From: an uncultured Thermoleophilia bacterium | GTDB taxonomy: Bacteria; Actinomycetota; Thermoleophilia; UBA2241 | Reading direction: 5' to 3' | Assembly: GCA_963715985.1 (NCBI GenBank) | Contig: CAVQSP010000011.1 | Coordinates: 128,001-192,000, forward strand | DNA length: 64,000 bases | Shown here: in pieces, positions 30,844 to 40,947 of the stretch | How the letters are laid out: each line of letters starts with the position of its first letter | Position numbering within the stretch: the first letter of the stretch is position 1 | Position numbers and translations under genes: made by a program | Notes under the pieces: model-generated | Database searches by the model: none | Seen by the model: only the letters and a program-made list of their open reading frames with translations | Told to the model about the DNA's origin: nothing

Positions 30844-31070
30844 ATGACTGCGCATGTCGACACCGCCATGCACCAGCTCGTGGTGACGGGCCCGCAGCGC
30901 GATCGGCTCTACCAGCATTTCGGTCGCCTCTTCTGGGGGCGGGATGGGGTCGAAGTCGTCAAGGACCGCCGCGTCGCCGAGCGACGGCGGGACCGCTCGA
31001 AGACCCTGTCGAGCGCCGCTCGCACGAGCGTCGCCGCGCCGCGCCGGATTGGGCGTTCCCGCCGTCCTGA
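30844..31070 (+). CDS. small Arg-rich protein with DRR/ERR repeats; frameshift ~31008
   Basis: LYQHFGRLF...VEVVKDRRVAERRR / VERRSHERRRAAPDWAFPPS*. Confidence 0.5.
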
Positions 31071-31266
31071 AGGCGCCGTCTCCCGACCGCTCCCATGCAG
31101 GCGCACGGATTCGGTGCGCAGACGGGTTGCAGAGCGGCTCTCCGGAGGCCTCGCGGAAGGCGCGCAGGACGGGCGCAGCACGACGAAACGGCGTCGGCAT
31201 TGTCACCCCTGACAACGTTGGCTATGCTCCGAGCGGCCGAGCCCTGCGAACACCCTAGAAGAGAGC

Positions 31267-31728
31267 TTGGTGGAGTCGGCTGCACCACTCAGACTGCGCG
31301 GACGCGACCGGCGGCGAACCCGCCGGTTCGTCTTGGTCGAGCGACGCTCGGGGTTCGAGCGGCGATGGACGCTGCGCCGCACGCCGTTCGGCGTCGCACT
31401 CGACGCATCGCTCGCGTACCTGCGCGATCACCAGCCCGCGCTCGTGGCGATCCTGGCGCTCGCCAATCTGCTCAGCCTGCTTGACCTCGGGCTCACCTCG
31501 ATCGCCCTGCGTCTCGGCGTCGCCGAGGTCAACCCCGTCATGCGGCACTTCTTCGAGGCCGGCGCCACGCAGGCGGCGGCCGTCAAGTGCTGCCTCGTCG
31601 TCGCCGCGTCCCTCGGGCTCTGGACGCTGCGGCGCTACCGACGGGCGCTGATGACGGCGCTCTTCTTCCTCGCCCTCTATGGCGCGGTGGTGCTCTACGA
31701 GTTCGTCGGCCTTGCCTGGCTGAGCTGA
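31267..31728 (+). CDS. DUF5658-like membrane protein with N-terminal DRR/ERR motifs
   Basis: NLLSLLDLGLT...GVAEVNPVM...VK pattern; DRR, ERRSGFERR. Confidence 0.7.
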   Translation: MVESAAPLRLRGRDRRRTRRFVLVERRSGFERRWTLRRTPFGVALDASLAYLRDHQPALVAILALANLLSLLDLGLTSIALRLGVAEVNPVMRHFFEAGATQAAAVKCCLVVAASLGLWTLRRYRRALMTALFFLALYGAVVLYEFVGLAWLS

Positions 31729-31768
31729 CGCAGGCCCTCGGGTCACGCCGCGCGCGACCGGCACGCCT

Positions 31769-31990
31769 CTAGGTCGAGACCAGCTTCTCGAAGAGCGCCT
31801 TGGCGAACTCGGTCCGCATCCCTTGGGCGAGCGCCAGGGAGACGTCGAACGCCTCGTCGCACAGCAGCCCCATCTGGAGGTCGATCTCGGAGATGCCGAG
31901 CGCCTCCCGAGCGCTCTCGAGCTCGACGCCGGAGGCCACCTGCCGGAGCAGGCGCTCGCGCTGTTCGCTGGTCATCACGTGGCGAGTCAC
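31769..31990 (-). CDS. small hypothetical protein, possibly HTH-like
   Basis: 73-aa ORF with GC-biased codons. Confidence 0.45.
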   Translation of the reverse strand: MTRHVMTSEQRERLLRQVASGVELESAREALGISEIDLQMGLLCDEAFDVSLALAQGMRTEFAKALFEKLVST

Positions 31991-32102
31991 CCCACCGCCG
32001 GCGCATGTGACCGTTGCGAAGGAGGCGGATGGGGGACTGCCGCGGAGGCCGCGGAGAGCGTAGTGTGAACGTCGACAGAAGAGGCGGACTCAAGGGAGCC
32101 CC

Positions 32103-32366
32103 ATGACTGAGCCGATTTGCGCGAGCTGTCCATGGTGGCAGCGGCATCCTGACCGCGTGCGCTGCGAGGCCGTGACACCGGGCGGCCCGGCGGTGGAGGA
32201 ACGCACGCCGAGCGAGGGCGGCGAGTGTCGCAAGCTGCCGCCGCTGCACGTCCTTCTGGACGATGGGTCCGGCGGCCTGACGGCCGGGCACACCTTCCCG
32301 GTCACGGACGCCGAGACGTGGTGCGGCGAGCACCCGGACCGCCGCCGCAGCACGCCTTCGTCCTGA
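32103..32366 (+). CDS. small Cys-rich hypothetical protein
   Basis: AAGGGAG RBS; CASCPWW...GECRKLPP...FPVT...WCGEH. Confidence 0.65.
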   Translation: MTEPICASCPWWQRHPDRVRCEAVTPGGPAVEERTPSEGGECRKLPPLHVLLDDGSGGLTAGHTFPVTDAETWCGEHPDRRRSTPSS

Positions 32367-32987
32367 GTAGCACCGCCGCCTACGGCAAGCCGGCCGTCGG
32401 CGCGGGGACAGACGAGCACCGGCCCAGGCGTCGACAAGCGGCCGGCGGGATGGAGGCGTCCGACCACTCCGCCCCACCGGCCGCTCAGTCACCATACAGC
32501 GCCTCGCGCGCGTGACAGGGTGACGATGGGGGCGCCTGGGCGACGATGCCCCAGACGCCAGCGGCCCTGCTCCGGACCGCTGCGCTGGACTCCTCAGCCA
32601 TGCCGCCACCCCAGTCCTCGGCACAGACGGATGCGAGGACCGTCTGTACGCAGTCTGAACTCCGCCCGTGCTCCCACCGTGCGCCGACAGCACCGGACGG
32701 CCTCGGCACACGGAACCGAAGGCCGCAGGTTCGAGTCCTGCCGTGCGCGCCACTCCCTCCTCCGTACCCAAGCACCCGTCCGCGTCTGGCCGCAGTCCGC
32801 CCGCACGTCGGCCGCCGCCGCAAGTCCCGGGTCTTCGGCCCCGCCATCGTGCCCCCCTGTCGCGACAGCGTTCCGGGCGCAGGCGGGCGTGGCCTATACT
32901 CGCGAGGACCGCGACACGACCTGGAGACGCCGCAGGGCCCGTCCCCAGCCCGCCGAGAACGACCACCGCTCTCAGAAGGAGGCACAG

Positions 32988-33362
32988 ATGCCGATCACAC
33001 CGATGTCCGAGCTCGTCGAGGTCTGGCTGTGGGAGCCCGACGCGAAGCGTGAGCCCTTCGCTCACGAATCTCGACCGCTGGAGTACATCCCGGCCGCGCC
33101 GCTCCCCCGGAACGGGGACATCATCCACCTGCCTCCGAACCTCACCGGCGACACCACGGAGCAGGCGTTCGGCTACGGCGGCACGCGTACGCCGTTCAGG
33201 GTCATGGAATGCTCGCACGTGTACTCCAGGGAGAAGGACGAGAAGCTCGACGTCGGCAGCCTCATGCCTGCCGTTTACGTGAAGACCCTCATCTTCGTCG
33301 AGCGTCTCAGCCCCAAGGAGTTCTACGATGACCGTGGCTGGACTCGGGAACCGGGGGTGTGA
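32988..33362 (+). CDS. hypothetical protein
   Basis: AAGGAGG RBS, ATG at 32988, typical codon usage. Confidence 0.7.
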   Translation: MPITPMSELVEVWLWEPDAKREPFAHESRPLEYIPAAPLPRNGDIIHLPPNLTGDTTEQAFGYGGTRTPFRVMECSHVYSREKDEKLDVGSLMPAVYVKTLIFVERLSPKEFYDDRGWTREPGV

Positions 33363-33418
33363 GCGGCGCCCGCAGCGAGTCACTTCACATACCCGCCGGC
33401 GGCCGCGCCGGAGGGAGG

Positions 33419-34279
33419 CTACTCCAGCAACTTCGCCTTCATGGCCGAGAACTCGGCGTCTGTGATCGAGCCGGCGAGGCGTAATGCCGTGAGCCGTTCC
33501 ACCGCCGCATCCACGGCAGGTCTGGGCACCGGCCGCGGGCCCGGCGCAGCGCCCGTCTCCTCCGCCGGCGCGGCCTCCGTGACCACCGGCCCGAGGAGCG
33601 CGCGGAACTCGGCGTCCGAGAGCGAGCCCTCGGCGTGCTGCGTGGCCAGCCGCTCGACCTCGTCGATCATGCCGGGAGCCGGCGGTCCGTCCGCCGGACC
33701 GGCGAACGGCACGCCGGCCAGGGCGAGGACGGGCCCGACCGCCGCACGTACCTTGTCGGGGCTCATGCGATCGATCGCGTAGGTCGCGCCGCCGCCCGCC
33801 TCGGGGCACGCCACGAGGAACGTGCGGTCGATCGATCCCTTCGCACCGAGGCTGACGTTGCCGACGCTCACTGTGGCGACCACCGGTGACGTGGCCACCT
33901 GCTCGCCGAGCACGCGGACGCCGGCGAGGCTCGCCATCCTGAGCGAGGCGACCACGCTACCGTCGGCGACCTGGATACCGACGTACTCGGTGGTGACCCA
34001 CAGTCTGCCGTCGACGGCGGCGCCGAGCTCAGGCGGACCGCAGACGTAGTGCGCGCGGTCGAAACAGCAGGCGACCGGCGGAGTCGCGCCCGGCTGCGCG
34101 AGCGAGCCGACCCAGGCGCGCGTGCCCTGCATGGCCCAGACGAGTGGCACGGCGCGGTCGAGGGCGACCACCTGGGCGGCGGAGACGGGCCCGGAGCCCT
34201 CGAGCACGAACTGACCGTCCTCGTGCGTGATCTTCTTGCCGGCCCACCCTGTGCCCGGCCCGAACGTCGCCACAAGCAC
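33419..34279 (-). CDS. hypothetical protein with two C-terminal SHOCT-like motifs
   Basis: Own RBS (AGAGGGGGAG) and GTG at 34279; VERL...GSLSDAEF and VERL...GSITDAEFSAMKAKLL. Confidence 0.7.
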   Translation of the reverse strand: MLVATFGPGTGWAGKKITHEDGQFVLEGSGPVSAAQVVALDRAVPLVWAMQGTRAWVGSLAQPGATPPVACCFDRAHYVCGPPELGAAVDGRLWVTTEYVGIQVADGSVVASLRMASLAGVRVLGEQVATSPVVATVSVGNVSLGAKGSIDRTFLVACPEAGGGATYAIDRMSPDKVRAAVGPVLALAGVPFAGPADGPPAPGMIDEVERLATQHAEGSLSDAEFRALLGPVVTEAAPAEETGAAPGPRPVPRPAVDAAVERLTALRLAGSITDAEFSAMKAKLLE

Positions 34280-34326
34280 GGCTCCCCCTCTTCCCCTTCG
34301 GCTTCCGCCGTGAGACGGCGCCGTCC

Positions 34327-34693
34327 TCAGGCGGGCGCCGGCCACTCCTGCGAGCTCGCCCAGGCTGCTCAGCACAGCCGCGAGCGCGTCGTGGTCGAGC
34401 TCGTAGAAGGTCCACTTGCCGCGCACCTCCTCCGTCACCAGGCCCGCTTCCTTGAGGACGCGCAGGTGATACGAGGTGCGCGACTGCCCCAGCCCGAACT
34501 GCTCCTGGAACTCGCACACGCAGATGCCGGCCGGCGTGCCGGCGCCGGGGACCTTGCGCGTGCAGGGATCCGCGAACGCACAGCAGTCGCGCCCCGCTGC
34601 GAGGATGCCGATCATCTTCAGGCGGATGGGGTCGGACAGAGCCTTGGCGACGCGCGCGAGCTGCGTGACGTCCGCGGTCTCGACTGGCATCAT
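34327..34693 (-). CDS. ArsR/SmtB transcriptional regulator (stop apparently lost to a 1-nt insertion)
   Basis: KALSDPIRLKM, ICVCEF, QSRTSYHLRVLKEAGLV...RGKWTFY. Confidence 0.85.
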
Positions 34694-34731
34694 GCCTCCC
34701 TCACAACAAATCCCGATGATTTGGTCTTGAC

Positions 34732-34747
34732 ATCAAGCTCTTCTGAT
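34732..34747. promoter_or_regulatory. putative ArsR operator
   Basis: ATCAAGCTCTTCTGAT between divergent arsR and arsM, overlapping a TTGACA hexamer. Confidence 0.55.
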
Positions 34748-34791
34748 GGGAGCATCATACCATCAAAACGTGATGTGGGAGAGTGGGAGCC

Positions 34792-35664
34792 ATGAGCGAC
34801 GACACGATGATAGGCGAGAGCACGGACCTGAAGGAAGAGATCCGCGAGCGCTACGCCGAGCGGGCGCGGGAGGTCACCGAGTCGGCGCGTCCCGCGAGCT
34901 GCTGCGGTCCGTCCGCCACTGCAGCCTCCTGCTGCGGCGCCACGGAGGTCGTTCCCAACGACGAGTTCGCCCACGGGCTGTACAGCGTCGAGGAGACCGG
35001 GGAGCTGCCCAAAGAGGCGGTGCTCGCGAGCCTCGGCTGTGGCAACCCGACCGCGCTGGCGGAGCTGCACGCGGGCGAGGTCGTGCTCGATCTGGGCAGC
35101 GGCGGCGGCATCGACGTGCTGCTCTCCGCCCGGCGCGTGGGCCCGACGGGCAAGGCCTACGGTCTCGACATGACCGACGACATGCTCGCCCTGGCGCGCG
35201 AGAACCAGGCCAAGGCCGGCGTCACCAACGTCGAGTTCCTCAGGGGCGAGATCGAGGCGGTCCCGCTCCCCGACGCGTCGGTGGACGTGATCATCAGCAA
35301 CTGCGTCATCAACCTCTCGCTCGACAAGGACAAGGTGCTCGCCGAGGCGTTCCGCGTGCTCAGGCCCGGCGGCCGCTTCGCGGTCAGCGACATGGTCTTC
35401 AGAGGCGACCTCAGCGCCGTCCCCGACGAGATCATGCGCAGCGTCGAGATGTGGGGCGGCTGCATCGCGGGAGCGCTCGAGGAGCGCGACTACATCGCCC
35501 GCCTCGAGCGCGCCGGTTTCGTCGACGCCGAGGTGGTCCAGACGCGCGACTACCGGGAGAGCTACGGCGCCGAGATCGAGCAGCAGTGCGGCGCCTCGAT
35601 CCCGGCCGACGTCAACCTCATCGGCGCGTTCATCCGGGCGACGAAGCCCGCGACGGGCGCCTGA
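34792..35664 (+). CDS. arsM: arsenite S-adenosylmethionine methyltransferase
   Basis: SCCG x2, SLGCGNP, LDLGSGGGID, ISNCVINL, WGGCIAGA. Confidence 0.93.
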   Translation: MSDDTMIGESTDLKEEIRERYAERAREVTESARPASCCGPSATAASCCGATEVVPNDEFAHGLYSVEETGELPKEAVLASLGCGNPTALAELHAGEVVLDLGSGGGIDVLLSARRVGPTGKAYGLDMTDDMLALARENQAKAGVTNVEFLRGEIEAVPLPDASVDVIISNCVINLSLDKDKVLAEAFRVLRPGGRFAVSDMVFRGDLSAVPDEIMRSVEMWGGCIAGALEERDYIARLERAGFVDAEVVQTRDYRESYGAEIEQQCGASIPADVNLIGAFIRATKPATGA

Positions 35665-35882
35665 GCGCGGGCCGGACCGGCATCCTCCGCCGTCTATCGC
35701 GGGCCTGGAGTCCCTCGTGGCTTCACGCCCGTTGATCATCGACCCCGGGGATCCCCGCTCTGCAGGCGGCTCACAGCTCACGCTGCGCCTCGAATCTCGT
35801 GGGGTGCCATCGCTCCAGGCGCTCCCCGTCCTGGGAAGACGGCCAAGCTTCTGCTCTCTGCCGTGACGCCAGCGTGACAGGC

Positions 35883-36112
35883 CTAAGTCAGCCTGGATGT
35901 CTCCATGACCGGGCGCATCTCCCTGCAGGGGATGCAGCCGTTGGAGTCGAGCTCCACGAACGTCACCATCGCCGTGCCGTTCGAGCGCCCGCAGATACGG
36001 GAGAGACGGAGGACCCGCCCGCGCTGCCGCAACCGGCCAGCGCGATGACGCCCGCCAAAGCGACAGCGAGCGTTGCGAGGACGCGCAGGCCGGTCGCGCG
36101 CCTGCGGGTCAT
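35883..36112 (-). pseudogene. lipoprotein thioredoxin fragment
   Basis: Lipobox LAGC, then after a frameshift VTFVEL..NGCIPCREMRPVM, then an early stop. Confidence 0.6.
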
Positions 36113-36363
36113 CCCTGCGCGGCCAGCGCCGTCGTGATCATCGAGGTCACCTCAGCCTGCGACGGCACCTTGCCGCTCATCACGACCTTGCCGTCGATGA
36201 CCAGGGCCGGCGTCGACATCACGCCGTACGCCATGATCTTCGGGAACTCCTCGACCTTGACGAGCTCGGCGTCGTCGATGCCGAGGTCGCGTACCGCCGC
36301 CTCCGTGACGGCCATGAGCTTCTGACAGTTGGCGCAGCCTGAACCGAGGATCTCGAGCTTCAC
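36109..36363 (-). CDS. small redox-active disulfide protein (thioredoxin-like)
   Basis: ILGSGCANC, YGVMSTPALVIDG. Confidence 0.9.
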   Translation of the reverse strand: MKLEILGSGCANCQKLMAVTEAAVRDLGIDDAELVKVEEFPKIMAYGVMSTPALVIDGKVVMSGKVPSQAEVTSMITTALAAQG

Positions 36364-36376
36364 GGGTGTCTCCTTC

Positions 36377-36766
36377 TCATCTATGACGCGTTACGTTTCG
36401 CGGGCGGTTGACGGTGACGGCGCAGGCGCTGCCCGCCCGTTCGAGGTCCGGCGGCGCGCTGCGCAGCCGCTCCACGTAGGCCAGGAACCCCTGGAGGTCG
36501 CCGTCGAAGCGCTCCCAGTCGATGGAGTAGTAGGTGCGCGTACCCTCGTTGCGCATCTTGACCAGCCCGGCGCTGCGGAGCAGCGCGAGGTGATGCGAGA
36601 CCAGCGGCTGGCTCTGGTCCAGCGGCCCCGTCATCTCGCAGACGCAGCGCTCGCCGCCCAGCAGGAACTCGATGATCTGCGCGCGTAGGGGGTTGCAGAA
36701 CGCCTTGAAGAAAGGCACGAAGTCGACAATGCTGCCGACCTCGGCCGGATCGCGGGCGATCTTCAT
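36377..36766 (-). CDS. ArsR/SmtB transcriptional regulator
   Basis: FKAFCNPLR, ERCVCE, SQPLVSHHLALL. Confidence 0.9.
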   Translation of the reverse strand: MKIARDPAEVGSIVDFVPFFKAFCNPLRAQIIEFLLGGERCVCEMTGPLDQSQPLVSHHLALLRSAGLVKMRNEGTRTYYSIDWERFDGDLQGFLAYVERLRSAPPDLERAGSACAVTVNRPRNVTRHR

Positions 36767-36767
36767 C

Positions 36768-37883
36768 TCAGCTCCTCGGTGGGTCGCAGGCGACCTCGTC
36801 GACGCCGGCGGCGACCGCCGCCGGCACGGGTTCGTCGGTCATGTGCCAGTACTTGCGGCCCATCCACAGCGAGACGTTGACGAGACCGATGAGCACCGGC
36901 ACTTCGACGAGCGGGCCGATCACGCTGGCGAAGGCCTGGCCCGAGTTGAGGCCGAACACGGCGATGCTCACGGCGATCGCGAGCTCGAAGTTGTTGCTCG
37001 CGGCCGTGAACGAGAGTGTCGCCGTCTTGGAGTAGTCGGCGCCGATGCGTCGTCCCATGTAGAAGCTCACGAAGAACATGATCACGAAGTACAGCAGCAG
37101 CGGGATGGCGATGCGCACGACATCGAGCGGTAGTTTGACGATGAGCTCACCCTTGAGGCTGAACATCACGAAGATCGTGAACAGCAGGGCGATCAGCGTG
37201 AGCGGGCTGATGCGCGGGATGAACTTCTGCTCGTACCAGTCGCGACCCTTGGTCTTGAGCCCGATGTAGCGCGTGAGCATGCCGGCCAGGAAGGGGATGC
37301 CGAGGTAGATGAACACGCTCTTCGCGATCTGCCCGATGGAGACGTCGACGGCGGCGCCCTCGAGGCCGAAGAGCGGCGGCAGCTTGGTCACGAAGACCCA
37401 GGCGAAGACGCTGTAGAACAGCACCTGGAAGACCGCGTTGAAGGCCACTAGGCCGGCGGCGTACTCGGTGTCGCCCCTGGCCAGCTGGTTCCAGACGATG
37501 ACCATGGCGATGCAGCGCGCCAGACCCATCATGATGAGACCGACCATGAACTCGGGGTAGTTGTGCAGGAAGATGATGGCAAGGAAGAACATCACGAACG
37601 GGCCGATGATCCAGTTCTGCACCAGCGAGAGCCCGAGGATCTTGTAGTCGCGGAACACGTCGCCGAGCTCCTCGTAGCGCACCTTGGCGAGGGGCGGGTA
37701 CATCATCACGATGAGGCCGATGGCGATCGGGATGTTGGTGGTGCCCACCGACCAGCGCTGGATGAACTCCGGGATGCCCTGGTACGCCCAACCGAGGCCC
37801 ACGCCGACGAACATGGCGAGGAAGATCCAAAGCGTCAGGTAGCGGTCGAGAAACGAGAGTCGCTTGGTCACTCCCTGGGCCAT
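36768..37883 (-). CDS. acr3: Acr3 arsenite efflux transporter
   Basis: [44 protein letters not shown]. Confidence 0.95.
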   Translation of the reverse strand: MAQGVTKRLSFLDRYLTLWIFLAMFVGVGLGWAYQGIPEFIQRWSVGTTNIPIAIGLIVMMYPPLAKVRYEELGDVFRDYKILGLSLVQNWIIGPFVMFFLAIIFLHNYPEFMVGLIMMGLARCIAMVIVWNQLARGDTEYAAGLVAFNAVFQVLFYSVFAWVFVTKLPPLFGLEGAAVDVSIGQIAKSVFIYLGIPFLAGMLTRYIGLKTKGRDWYEQKFIPRISPLTLIALLFTIFVMFSLKGELIVKLPLDVVRIAIPLLLYFVIMFFVSFYMGRRIGADYSKTATLSFTAASNNFELAIAVSIAVFGLNSGQAFASVIGPLVEVPVLIGLVNVSLWMGRKYWHMTDEPVPAAVAAGVDEVACDPPRS

Positions 37884-37946
37884 GCCGCGTCTCCTAGTCG
37901 ATCGGCGTTGGTGTTCCTCGTGACCTTACATTGACATATGTTTATG

Positions 37947-37962
37947 GTCAAGGTAGCTTGAT
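37947..37962. promoter_or_regulatory. putative ArsR operator
   Basis: GTCAAGGTAGCTTGAT in the AT-rich divergent intergenic region. Confidence 0.55.
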
Positions 37963-37992
37963 ATAAACACCTGTCGATGAAAGGGACGCGCC

Positions 37993-38739
37993 GTGAGGAC
38001 ACTCGAGATGACTACGCCCTTCGCCGTCTTCAGTGACGTGCACGGCAACCTGCCGGGGCTCGAGGCTATTCTCGCGGACATCGAGCGCCGTGGGGTGCCG
38101 CACACGCTCTGCCTCGGCGACCTGGTCGGCTACGGCCCCTCCCCGAACGAAGTAGCCCTTCTCGTCCGCGACCGCGGGATCCCCAGCCTCATGGGCAACT
38201 ACGACCAGGGCATCGGCTTCGAGACCGGCGACTGCGGCTGCGTCTACAAGACCGACGAGCAAAGGGCCGAAGGGGCCGCCTCGCTCGCCTGGACGCAGGA
38301 GGCGGTGCGCGACGAAGTCAAGGCCTACCTGCGCACGCTCGAGGACCACTTCGTGCTGGCGACGCCGACCGGCGAACTGCTCGCCGTGCACGGCAGCCCG
38401 CGGCGCATCAACGAGTATCTCTTCGAGGACCGGCCGGCGTCCGCCATGGAGCGCATGGCCCGCGAGTACCCGTACCCGGCCATCCTCTTCGGCCACACGC
38501 ACGTGCCCTACGCGAGGCCTGTCGGCCAGACGACCTTCGTGAACGTGGGCAGCGGCGGCCGCCCCAAGGACGGCGACTGGCGCGTCTGCTACGCCGTCGT
38601 CGATCCCGCGCAGCTGGGGACGCCCGGCTTCGTCGAGTTCGTGCGCGTCCCCTACGACTACGAGCGCCTGCAGCGCGACCTGGCTGCGACGCCGCTGATC
38701 ACCAGCTTCGCGGCACCGCCACCCGCGGCGCAGGAGTGA
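37993..38739 (+). CDS. metallophosphoesterase
   Basis: SDVHGN, GDLVGYG, GNYD, HGSP, GHTH, NVGS. Confidence 0.9.
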   Translation: MRTLEMTTPFAVFSDVHGNLPGLEAILADIERRGVPHTLCLGDLVGYGPSPNEVALLVRDRGIPSLMGNYDQGIGFETGDCGCVYKTDEQRAEGAASLAWTQEAVRDEVKAYLRTLEDHFVLATPTGELLAVHGSPRRINEYLFEDRPASAMERMAREYPYPAILFGHTHVPYARPVGQTTFVNVGSGGRPKDGDWRVCYAVVDPAQLGTPGFVEFVRVPYDYERLQRDLAATPLITSFAAPPPAAQE

Positions 38740-38745
38740 TCCGCC

Positions 38746-39916
38746 ATGAGTGAGCACGCCCTCGAGGTCAAGCAGGCCGTCCCGGCAGCCGGGGAGGCTG
38801 GCCGCGCCGGCCGCCGTGCCTACGTGTGCCTGCGACTCCACGCCCGCGTCGCCGGCGGAGGGCGCGGACGCCGCCGCCTCGCGGCGCAGGCTCACGCGGC
38901 TCTGGATGCGCCTGCCCATCTGGGCGCGGCTCGTGCTCGGCGTTGGCGCCTGGGCGCTCGTCTACCACTTCTGGCTGCCGTTCGTCGTCTGGCTCTTCCA
39001 CGGCGTCCTGCACGTCCCCGACACGCGCTGGGCCTCCGCGCTCGAGTTCTTCGTCTACGACACCGTCAAGGTGATGCTGCTGCTCACCCTCGTCGTCTTC
39101 GGCGTCGGCGTCGTGCGCTCGTTCTTCAGTCCGGAGCGGACCCGTGCCCTGCTGCGCGGGCGCCGCGAAACAACGGGCAACGTGATGGCCGCGAGCCTCG
39201 GCATCGTCACGCCCTTCTGCAGCTGCTCGGCGGTACCGCTCTTCATCGGCTTCGTCGAGGCCGGCATCCCGCTCGGCGTGACCTTCTCCTTCCTCATCGC
39301 CGCACCCATGGTCAACGAGATCGCGCTGGTGCTGCTGTACGGGCTCTTCGGCTGGTGGGTCGCGGCCCTCTACCTCGTCACCGGCCTCGTCATCGCCATC
39401 GTCGCCGGCTGGGTCATCGGCCACCTCGGCATGGAGCGCTACATCGAGGACTGGGTGCGCGAGGTGAGGATGGGCGAGGCGGCCGCGGGTGAGGAGTTGT
39501 CCTGGGCGCGTCGTATGAGCTACGCCTGGCAAGCCGTCAAGGACATCGTCGGCAAGGTCTGGCCCTACGTCGTCGCCGGCATCGCCGTCGGCGCCCTCAT
39601 CCACGGCTATGTCCCTGAGAACTTCATGGCCGGCATCATGGGCGCCGACGCCTGGTGGAGTGTCCCGCTCGCCGTCCTTCTCGGCATCCCCATGTACTCG
39701 AACGCCGCCGGCATCATCCCCATCGTCGAGGCGCTGCTCGAGAAAGGTGCCGCCCTGGGCACCGTGCTCGCCTTCATGATGGCGGTCATCGCGCTCTCGC
39801 TGCCCGAGACCATCATCCTCAAGAAGGTGCTGAAATGGCCGCTCATCTTCACCTTCCTGGGCGTGGTGGGTGTCGGCATCATGTGCGTCGGCTTCCTCTT
39901 CAACGCCGTGCTCTGA
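38746..39916 (+). CDS. ArsP-like (DUF318) permease; probable frameshift ~38800
   Basis: TPFCSCSAVP, APMVNE, GIPMYSN, ALSLPE. Confidence 0.88.
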
Positions 39917-39937
39917 GTCGAGGACGGGGAGCGCCGT

Positions 39938-40741
39938 GTGGACACGCTGACCACCTTCAGCGACCGCCGCGAGTTCGAGCGTGCCGTGGCGCTGCTGCAG
40001 CGGCTCGGCCTTGCGCACGAGGTCGTCTCCCCCGAGCCCGGCTTCGCGAGCGTTGGGACGCCGGCCCTGGCGTTCTCGGCCGAGGCGCGGGCGAGCTTCC
40101 TGGAGGGCGGCGGGGTCGATATCGTCGACGCCGGCTGGGTCGACTACCGGCTGCCTGCCCAGGCCGTCCCCGAGGAGCCTCCGCGCGAGTTCGTCGAGGA
40201 TGTCGTTGGCAGGGTCGCGATCGTCGTCCTCGCGACCTGCATCGCCGATGCCGCTCGCCTGCGCCTGATCGCGCACTTCTCCGGCGACGTGGCGGAGGCC
40301 CTGCCGTACCTCAACGGCGAGCTCCTCCAAGGCTCCTACGTGCCGGCGATGCCGGTCTTCACCTACATGGACGGCCACCGCATGGTCTCGCTCTTCCGCG
40401 ACCGCATCGGGATCGCCAAGGCCGACGACATCGTCGACGCCTGGGCCAGCCTGGAGCGCGTGCGTTGCCTCGTCAACGACGTCTGGGCGCGGCGCGCAGA
40501 GATCACACCCTCGACGGAGACGCGCCGCCGGCCGCCGGCCCTCGAGATCTACAAGCGTCTGCCGGGCACCAACTGCAGGCAGTGCGGCGAAGCCACGTGC
40601 ATGGCCTTCGCCTGGGCGGTGTGGCGCGGCGACGCTGAGCCCCGGGACTGCCCGCCCGTCTTCGAGGGCGAGCGCGCAGATCTCAAGGATGCGCTGCTCG
40701 CCATCTGTGCCGGTCTCGGGCTGGGGGAGGACGACACGTGA
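39938..40741 (+). CDS. Fe-S protein with C-terminal AcsC-like [4Fe-4S] domain
   Basis: LPYLN; EIYKRLPGTNCRQCGEATCMAFA...CP. Confidence 0.75.
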   Translation: MDTLTTFSDRREFERAVALLQRLGLAHEVVSPEPGFASVGTPALAFSAEARASFLEGGGVDIVDAGWVDYRLPAQAVPEEPPREFVEDVVGRVAIVVLATCIADAARLRLIAHFSGDVAEALPYLNGELLQGSYVPAMPVFTYMDGHRMVSLFRDRIGIAKADDIVDAWASLERVRCLVNDVWARRAEITPSTETRRRPPALEIYKRLPGTNCRQCGEATCMAFAWAVWRGDAEPRDCPPVFEGERADLKDALLAICAGLGLGEDDT

Positions 40742-40947
40742 CGGCGGTCGCCGCCATCACATCGCCGTCCCCGGTCTTCTGAGCCCGCCGGCAGCGGAGG
40801 CCTCCACGATCCATGTACTGCTTCCATGAAGAGCGGACCAGATGATCAGCAGGCGTTGATGAAACGGGCCGCGGCGTGCCTCTCGAGACGCCGCTGCGAA
40901 CACGGTCCTCGACCTCGTCGCGAGGACGTCTCCCGAGGAGGGGCGCC

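Larger units (their letters stand above)
30214..32754. mobile_element. ~2.5 kb integrase-less island remnant in tRNA-Arg(ACG)
   Basis: 45-bp exact direct repeat 30214-30258 / 32710-32754. Confidence 0.85.

Noticed and set aside
32710-32754. Second tRNA-Arg gene
   Set aside because: Lacks the 5' acceptor strand and D arm; it is an att repeat
33419-34693. ArsR-SHOCT fusion protein
   Set aside because: The second part has its own RBS and GTG at 34279, and a TGA at 34327-34329 is one base out of frame; two genes are more likely
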